Source: a virus. Taken from it: a stretch of DNA of 64,000 bases. The stretch covers positions 23,215 to 87,214 of the IMG/VR virus record IMGVR_UViG_3300031857_000082; one strand, written 5' to 3'. Both the position numbers and the translations under genes were made by a program. Position 1 is the stretch's first letter. Every line of letters begins with the position of its first letter. The notes below the pieces were generated by a model. It worked only from the letters and a program-made list of their open reading frames with translations, was not told where the DNA came from and made no database searches. Positions 59,405-64,000 of the stretch are shown here, piece by piece.

Positions 59405-59666
59405 AGAAAAGCCAATACATAAAATGGTTGAAGAAGTATTTGATAAAGATGTAACTCAAGATTTAATAGATGAGTTAGCAGAAGAAAAAACTTTCATAGT
59501 TAATACAATGAAAAAATTTGTAGAGACAGATGAAATATGGCAACAACTAGTAGATAACATTGAAGCCAGAAAAGCATTTCTAGTTAATTTACAAATGCTA
59601 TTTCTAAATGATATAGAAAATCAAACTCTAATTGAATTAGCAACTACTAAATGGGGTAATGACTAA
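59397..59666 (+). CDS. Hypothetical acidic protein
   Basis: 89 aa, GTG start with GGAG RBS. Confidence 0.55.
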   Translation: MPKEKPIHKMVEEVFDKDVTQDLIDELAEEKTFIVNTMKKFVETDEIWQQLVDNIEARKAFLVNLQMLFLNDIENQTLIELATTKWGND

Positions 59667-59894
59667 TGGAAATAATGTTTATTGGATTTATATTCTTATG
59701 TGTATCCTGGTATTTAATTAGTAAAGAGAAACCTTTGTAATTACCCCGAAATTTGCGGGGCGTCCGCAGGATCTAAAAGTGATCGATTAAGATGATAATT
59801 AAGATGCCCCAGCCTAGGAACGGAGCAGAACCAGACTGGGGCTTTAGTTCTTAGTCTAGGAAAAATGAAGTAAACCTAGACCAAGAAGTTTTTA

Positions 59895-60071
59895 CTAGAT
59901 TGCTACTTGAACAATCTTATATTCTGGCTTAACAGTTGTCCAGCGTTCTTTACCTCGAACATCTAAACGAACACGCACCGAGCCAGATGGGTTCTGTATA
60001 ATCTCTTTGACTATACCTTTTGCACCACTCTTTTGAGTAGTGAGTTCTTGACCTAATTGAATTAGTGTCAT
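59895..60071 (-). CDS. 58-aa SH3-like small protein
   Basis: MTLIQLGQELTTQKSGAKGIVKEI...VRVRLDVRGKERWTTVK; GAAAGGA RBS and its own promoter. Confidence 0.65.
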   Translation of the reverse strand: MTLIQLGQELTTQKSGAKGIVKEIIQNPSGSVRVRLDVRGKERWTTVKPEYKIVQVAI

Positions 60072-60098
60072 TTGCTTCCTTTCGTTGTTGTTGATACA

Positions 60099-60120
60099 AA
60101 CTTATCATACACGACTGACA
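60099..60120 (-). promoter_or_regulatory. PafBC/RecA-NDp-type promoter
   Basis: TGTCAG-N10-TAAGTT. Confidence 0.7.
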
Positions 60121-60138
60121 GGTGCAAGTCAATAGCCG

Positions 60139-60154
60139 TGTGATGTTCGTCACA
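60139..60154. promoter_or_regulatory. CRP-family binding site
   Basis: TGTGA-N6-TCACA, exact match. Confidence 0.7.
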
Positions 60155-60200
60155 TCTGGGGCGTCCTGTCCGATTTGTCCCTGTTTAAGATCCTTGATTT

Positions 60201-60222
60201 TGTCTGCCCGATATGGTAAGTT
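60201..60222 (+). promoter_or_regulatory. PafBC/RecA-NDp-type promoter
   Basis: TGTCTG-N10-TAAGTT. Confidence 0.6.
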
Positions 60223-60228
60223 AATCTT

Positions 60229-60384
60229 ATGAGTAACACATACAAAGATAGAAAAGTACAGCATGTTCAAGGCTTGAGGCGTTCAGGTGCTTCTGGCATA
60301 CATAAAAATAAAGTAAAAGATAGACAGAAAAGACTATCCTCTGCTAAGATATGGAAAGACTACCTAAAGGATGAAAATGAATAA
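60229..60384 (+). CDS. 51-aa basic protein, probably leaderless
   Basis: MSNTYKDRK...LRRSGASGIHKNK; ATG lies 6 nt after the -10 element. Confidence 0.55.
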   Translation: MSNTYKDRKVQHVQGLRRSGASGIHKNKVKDRQKRLSSAKIWKDYLKDENE

Positions 60385-61099
60385 GTTAAAACGCTCACAC
60401 GATAGAAAAGTTACTAACCTAGTTAATAATGCAGGCAATGGTAGTTTAATTCAAAATACATTCGGTCTACCTGCAGGAAAAAATTATTCATGCCCTAGTG
60501 CTACATCCATATGTGAAAAAGTTTGCTATGCAGGAAAATTAGAAAAATTATACAAGGCTGTCAAGGCTAATCTATTACACAACTGGGAATTGTTACATAA
60601 TGCAAGCCGTATAGAAATGTATGAATTGCTTTCAGAAATGGTAGCAGAATTCAAAAAAGATTGTGTTAAGCGTAATGCAGAAATGTTATTCCGTATTCAC
60701 TGGGACGGTGACTTCTTTAATGAAGACTACACACAAGCATGGCGTTCCGTTATTGAGGAACAACCAGATATACAATTCTGGGTATATACAAGAGTAATGT
60801 CTGCTGCTCTTACTCTTAAAGATATTCCTAATCTATCTTTATATTATTCTACCGACAGTGATAATGTTGATAATGCCAAGGTGCTATCTAATGACCATGG
60901 AATTAAACTTGCATACCTTGCAGATACATTCGCAATGGGTAAGGAACAATTACTATCCCTAGTTAATAAAACTGGTATTCCATGTCCAGAAAATAATAAG
61001 AAAATTCCTCTTATTGACAAGGGTGGCTCTGCATGTGTAAAATGTAGTCAATGCGTAGTGGGTCGTAACAATATCTTATTCTCTGCTACTAAAAAATAA
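60377..61099 (+). CDS. Gp88-like protein (radical-SAM-related fold)
   Basis: FGLPAG...CPSATSICEKVCYA, FRIHWDGDF, FWVYTR and C-terminal CVKC..C. Confidence 0.7.
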   Translation: MNKLKRSHDRKVTNLVNNAGNGSLIQNTFGLPAGKNYSCPSATSICEKVCYAGKLEKLYKAVKANLLHNWELLHNASRIEMYELLSEMVAEFKKDCVKRNAEMLFRIHWDGDFFNEDYTQAWRSVIEEQPDIQFWVYTRVMSAALTLKDIPNLSLYYSTDSDNVDNAKVLSNDHGIKLAYLADTFAMGKEQLLSLVNKTGIPCPENNKKIPLIDKGGSACVKCSQCVVGRNNILFSATKK

Positions 61100-61354
61100 G
61101 GTGGCTATGATAATATTCTTAATGTTCTTAACACTAGTATTGACTTTTTTATTTGGATTGGCTATACTTGGATTTATTGACGGATTTGGCTATACTGCTG
61201 ACAATGAGGGTGTTCATGGAGATGGGGCATGGCTAGACAGAAAATAACATTTTTAGATTTAATTATAAAAATTCTTGCTATCATTGCATTCTTTGTATCT
61301 GCTAAATTATATTGGGGATGGTTTTAAATACCCCCTGGATCTGCGGGCGTCCCG

Positions 61355-61370
61355 TGTGAGGAACATCACA
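61355..61370. promoter_or_regulatory. CRP-family binding site
   Basis: TGTGA-N6-TCACA, exact match. Confidence 0.7.
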
Positions 61371-61448
61371 CTATTAAGTTAAGAAGGGGCTTGCCCAGAC
61401 CCCAGTTATATGATATGTTTTATATACCCTACTAACAAAGGAATACAA

Positions 61449-61904
61449 ATGGCAGGAAAAGCAATAAATGTCAAGGTAGCCAGAACTAAGGTTATCAAAG
61501 CATTAGAAATCAAACTAGAAGAAATGCACAACGCAAAAATGAACTATGATTTAGCGTTTAGCAAATATGAAACAGATATGAAAGAGTGGAAAGATAAGTG
61601 TGCTCAAATAGCATATGCTAACTTTGACATATCTTCATCTAACAAAAAATCTGTTTGTGTTAGAAATTGGTCACAAGACCCTAATGTCAGGGTTGAAGTA
61701 GAAGTAGAGATTGACAGAACCAAGTTGCCAGAAGAACCAAAGAGTCCAAAAGACCCTTTCCAACAACAAGGCTATGGTCGCAACTACATTGGTGGCTATG
61801 AAGATAGAGTTGCAGATATATCAAATGCAATTCGTATTCTATCTATGTCAGATGAGGAAGTTGTCTCAACCTCAACTTACCAATCTGTGAGTCGCTACTT
61901 ATAG
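61449..61904 (+). CDS. Hypothetical protein
   Basis: AAAGGA RBS; MAGKAINVKVA...AIRILSMSDEEVVSTSTY. Confidence 0.7.
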   Translation: MAGKAINVKVARTKVIKALEIKLEEMHNAKMNYDLAFSKYETDMKEWKDKCAQIAYANFDISSSNKKSVCVRNWSQDPNVRVEVEVEIDRTKLPEEPKSPKDPFQQQGYGRNYIGGYEDRVADISNAIRILSMSDEEVVSTSTYQSVSRYL

Positions 61905-61905
61905 A

Positions 61906-62091
61906 TTTTGGCAAGAACCAAACACATGGATATTAGTTCCATATACTTGGTAGCCAAAAGGTCAAGTGCCTATACGAAATGAGTAGTCACTAGGCACTTG
62001 ACAACAACCTGAGCATGTTGTTAAACTGCTCGTAGACCCAGCCCTTGTGTTCCACGCTAATTTATTAGCAAGTGTCCCCTAGGGCTCGGTC
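61906..62091 (+). ncRNA. Structured intergenic RNA with pseudoknot
   Basis: Three hairpins plus an H-type pseudoknot at 62003-62031. Confidence 0.5.
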
Positions 62092-62114
62092 ACCCTACTA
62101 ACAAAGGAAAATAA

Positions 62115-62555
62115 ATGGGATTAGATATGTACTTGAATGCTAGACAATTTACTGCTAGACAATTCGCTAGGCCTGAACTGTTTAACAGACTAGTTCAAGA
62201 AGCACCCTTTGCCGTTAAAGACTATGCAACTCTAGAAGTGCAGGTAGCCTATTGGAGAAAAGCAAATCAGATTCATGCATGGTTTGTTAAGCACGTCCAA
62301 AACGGTGTAGACAATTGTGAAGAGTACTACGTATCACGAGAGCAACTACAACTATTGCTTGATACTTGCAAATTAGTATTAATGCAAAAAGAAGAGGCTG
62401 TTAACTTATTACCAGTACAAGAGGGATTTTTCTTTGGTTCATATGAATATGACGAATACTATTTTAGTGATATTCAAGATACTATAGACCAGTTAGAGTC
62501 AGTACTAAAAGATATTCCAGCAGGCTGGGAACTTAGATACCATTCTAGTTGGTAG
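62115..62555 (+). CDS. Conserved phage hypothetical protein
   Basis: MGLDMYL...YWRKANQIHAWF...GFFFGS.EYD...Y.SSW. Confidence 0.75.
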   Translation: MGLDMYLNARQFTARQFARPELFNRLVQEAPFAVKDYATLEVQVAYWRKANQIHAWFVKHVQNGVDNCEEYYVSREQLQLLLDTCKLVLMQKEEAVNLLPVQEGFFFGSYEYDEYYFSDIQDTIDQLESVLKDIPAGWELRYHSSW

Positions 62556-62717
62556 GTGTGGTGTGGGCTGGTTTGAACTGTGTAATCACCTAGGTTCCAG
62601 CCCTCATCCAAAGCAGCACGATCGCCTGGCCCGCATTCGTAGGGTTTGCGGGATCCAGGTCTGACGCCCCGCATGTCCGATTTATACCTTTAAGAAGACC
62701 AGTTGAGTATCCCAGTC

Positions 62718-62746
62718 TTGACATTGTCGGTGGGTTAATGTAAGAT
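62718..62746 (+). promoter_or_regulatory. Dual promoter: -35 TTGACA and PafBC-type TGTCGG sharing one -10
   Basis: TTGACA-N17-TAAGAT containing TGTCGG-N10-TAAGAT. Confidence 0.75.
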
Positions 62747-62774
62747 AAATATATCTACAACGAAAGGAAATACT

Positions 62775-63782
62775 ATGGCACACGCCTTAGAAGAAATGAA
62801 TGGCGAAGTGGCTTTTGCTTTAAGAGGCAAACCTGCTTGGCATGGTCTAGCAAATGTGTTATTCGATAAGGATGAACACGTTGAGACTAGCACAATGTTG
62901 GATAGTGCAAAACTATCTAATTGGAATATCGAGTTAGAGGAAATTCAAAATCCTACTGGCTATCGTAGTCACAAGTCATCTTACTATGTGACACGCACTA
63001 ATCCTTTTGACAACGGCAAAGATATTTTAGGTGTCGTTGGTGAAAGATACAAGGTTGTGCAAAATGAACAACTATTTGATTTTGGCGATAACCTATTGCA
63101 TGGTGGTGCAAGTTGGGAATCTGCTGGTTCAATCAAGAACGGCACAGTAGTGTTCGGCTCATTGGTAGTTCCAAAAGAATTTACCTTAGACCCTAGTGGT
63201 GCTAATGATAAGACTACAACTTATTTATTAGTTCACACCTCACATGACGGCTCAGTCTCAGTTCAGGCTAGCATTACACCTGTTCGAGTTGTCTGTCAAA
63301 ATACTCTTAATCTTGCATTGGGTAGCGTGAAGCAATCTTTCAAACTACGCCACACAGCAACAGTTGAGGGCAAAATCCAGTTGGCTCGAGAGACTCTTGG
63401 ATTAACAATTCAATATATGGATGACTTCGAGAAAGAAGCCAAAGCCTTATTTGAAACACCTATTAACGATAAACAAGTGTACGACATAATTACTGCTGTT
63501 TATCCAAAGCCAGACGAAGCCAAAAAGGCTAGTCTAACTAAGTGGGACAACAAAATAAATCTAGTTAATGATTTATATTTTGACTCACCTACAAATGCAA
63601 ATATCAAAGGAACTGCTTGGGGTATGTTCAATGCCTTAACAGAACGTTTGGATTATTACAGAGCAGAACGAAAGGGTAATTCCGAAAATCGTTTTGCTTC
63701 TGCTTCTGGATTTGACCCAATGACAAATGCAGAAAAGAATAAATTATTTCATCAAGTTAAACAACTTGCTGGGGTAAAATAA
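62775..63782 (+). CDS. DUF932-family phage/plasmid protein
   Basis: PAWHGL, Y.VVQN, SHDGS, TPVRVVCQNTL, RHT and GTAWG..NA..E motifs. Confidence 0.85.
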   Translation: MAHALEEMNGEVAFALRGKPAWHGLANVLFDKDEHVETSTMLDSAKLSNWNIELEEIQNPTGYRSHKSSYYVTRTNPFDNGKDILGVVGERYKVVQNEQLFDFGDNLLHGGASWESAGSIKNGTVVFGSLVVPKEFTLDPSGANDKTTTYLLVHTSHDGSVSVQASITPVRVVCQNTLNLALGSVKQSFKLRHTATVEGKIQLARETLGLTIQYMDDFEKEAKALFETPINDKQVYDIITAVYPKPDEAKKASLTKWDNKINLVNDLYFDSPTNANIKGTAWGMFNALTERLDYYRAERKGNSENRFASASGFDPMTNAEKNKLFHQVKQLAGVK

Positions 63783-63804
63783 AGATTGCCAATAAAAGGC
63801 AACT

Positions 63805-63832
63805 GACCTGAGCATGTCTGAGGAAACTGCTT
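63805..63832 (+). ncRNA. Second copy of the pseudoknot motif
   Basis: GAC-CTGAGCAT-GTC-N5-AAACTGCTT. Confidence 0.5.
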
Positions 63833-63835
63833 ACC

Positions 63836-63866
63836 TAGCCCTCACTTAATCGGTGGGGGCTATTTT
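63836..63866 (+). terminator. Intrinsic terminator
   Basis: TAGCCCTCAC/GTGGGGGCTA stem plus TTTT. Confidence 0.7.
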
Positions 63867-63940
63867 AATTCCAGGATCAAATTTTGCGGGCGTCCAATGT
63901 CCGTTTTGTCTCTATTAAGAAGACCTGATTAAGAACCCAG

Positions 63941-63969
63941 TTGACATAACCCCATTAAGATGATAAGAT
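63941..63969 (+). promoter_or_regulatory. Sigma70 promoter
   Basis: TTGACA-N17-TAAGAT. Confidence 0.7.
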
Positions 63970-64000
63970 TTTTTATGGTGGAACTATCAAAGGTGGTATA

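Noticed and set aside
59950-60270. Tracked 106-aa minus-strand ORF
   Set aside because: It spans promoters and a CRP site; a 58-aa ORF in another frame has a proper RBS and promoter
62003-62031. Hammerhead ribozyme (CTGA...AAAC)
   Set aside because: It lacks the CUGANGA core and three-stem junction; the pairing fits a pseudoknot
55270-64000. tRNA genes in the structured intergenic regions
   Set aside because: No cloverleaf with a GTTCRA T-loop and acceptor stem was found by eye
1-64000. Alternative genetic code or stop-codon reassignment
   Set aside because: Long genes are intact under the standard code and all three stop codons end genes

Overview
This window is 64 kb of an AT-rich, large siphovirus-type phage genome. 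Its gene content and promoter motifs point to an actinobacterial host (inference). Positions 1-21.5 kb (minus strand) hold the morphogenesis block: portal, protease-scaffold fusion, capsid, neck, tail tube, a frameshifted tail chaperone, a 2609-aa tape measure and minor tail proteins. A class II ribonucleotide reductase, a lytic transglycosylase, a glycosyltransferase and a holin-like gene follow. Positions 26-55 kb hold about 35 modular fibre/adhesin genes whose N- and C-terminal motifs pair up in gene order, which suggests a plug-and-socket, branched receptor-binding assembly. Positions 55.2-56.2 kb are mostly non-coding: a candidate sRNA, a perfect promoter followed by G-tracts, and a possible origin or genome end. 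Positions 56.2-64 kb look like an early region of tiny, often Cys-rich ORFs. They carry at least 9 PafBC/RecA-NDp-type promoters (TGTCNG-N10-TANNNT), DnaA, CRP, WhiA-like and PHO-like boxes, eight GRCGYC...TTAAG modules next to which all of the region's GATC sites lie, and several structured RNA candidates. All functional calls come from motif recognition by eye; no database search was run.
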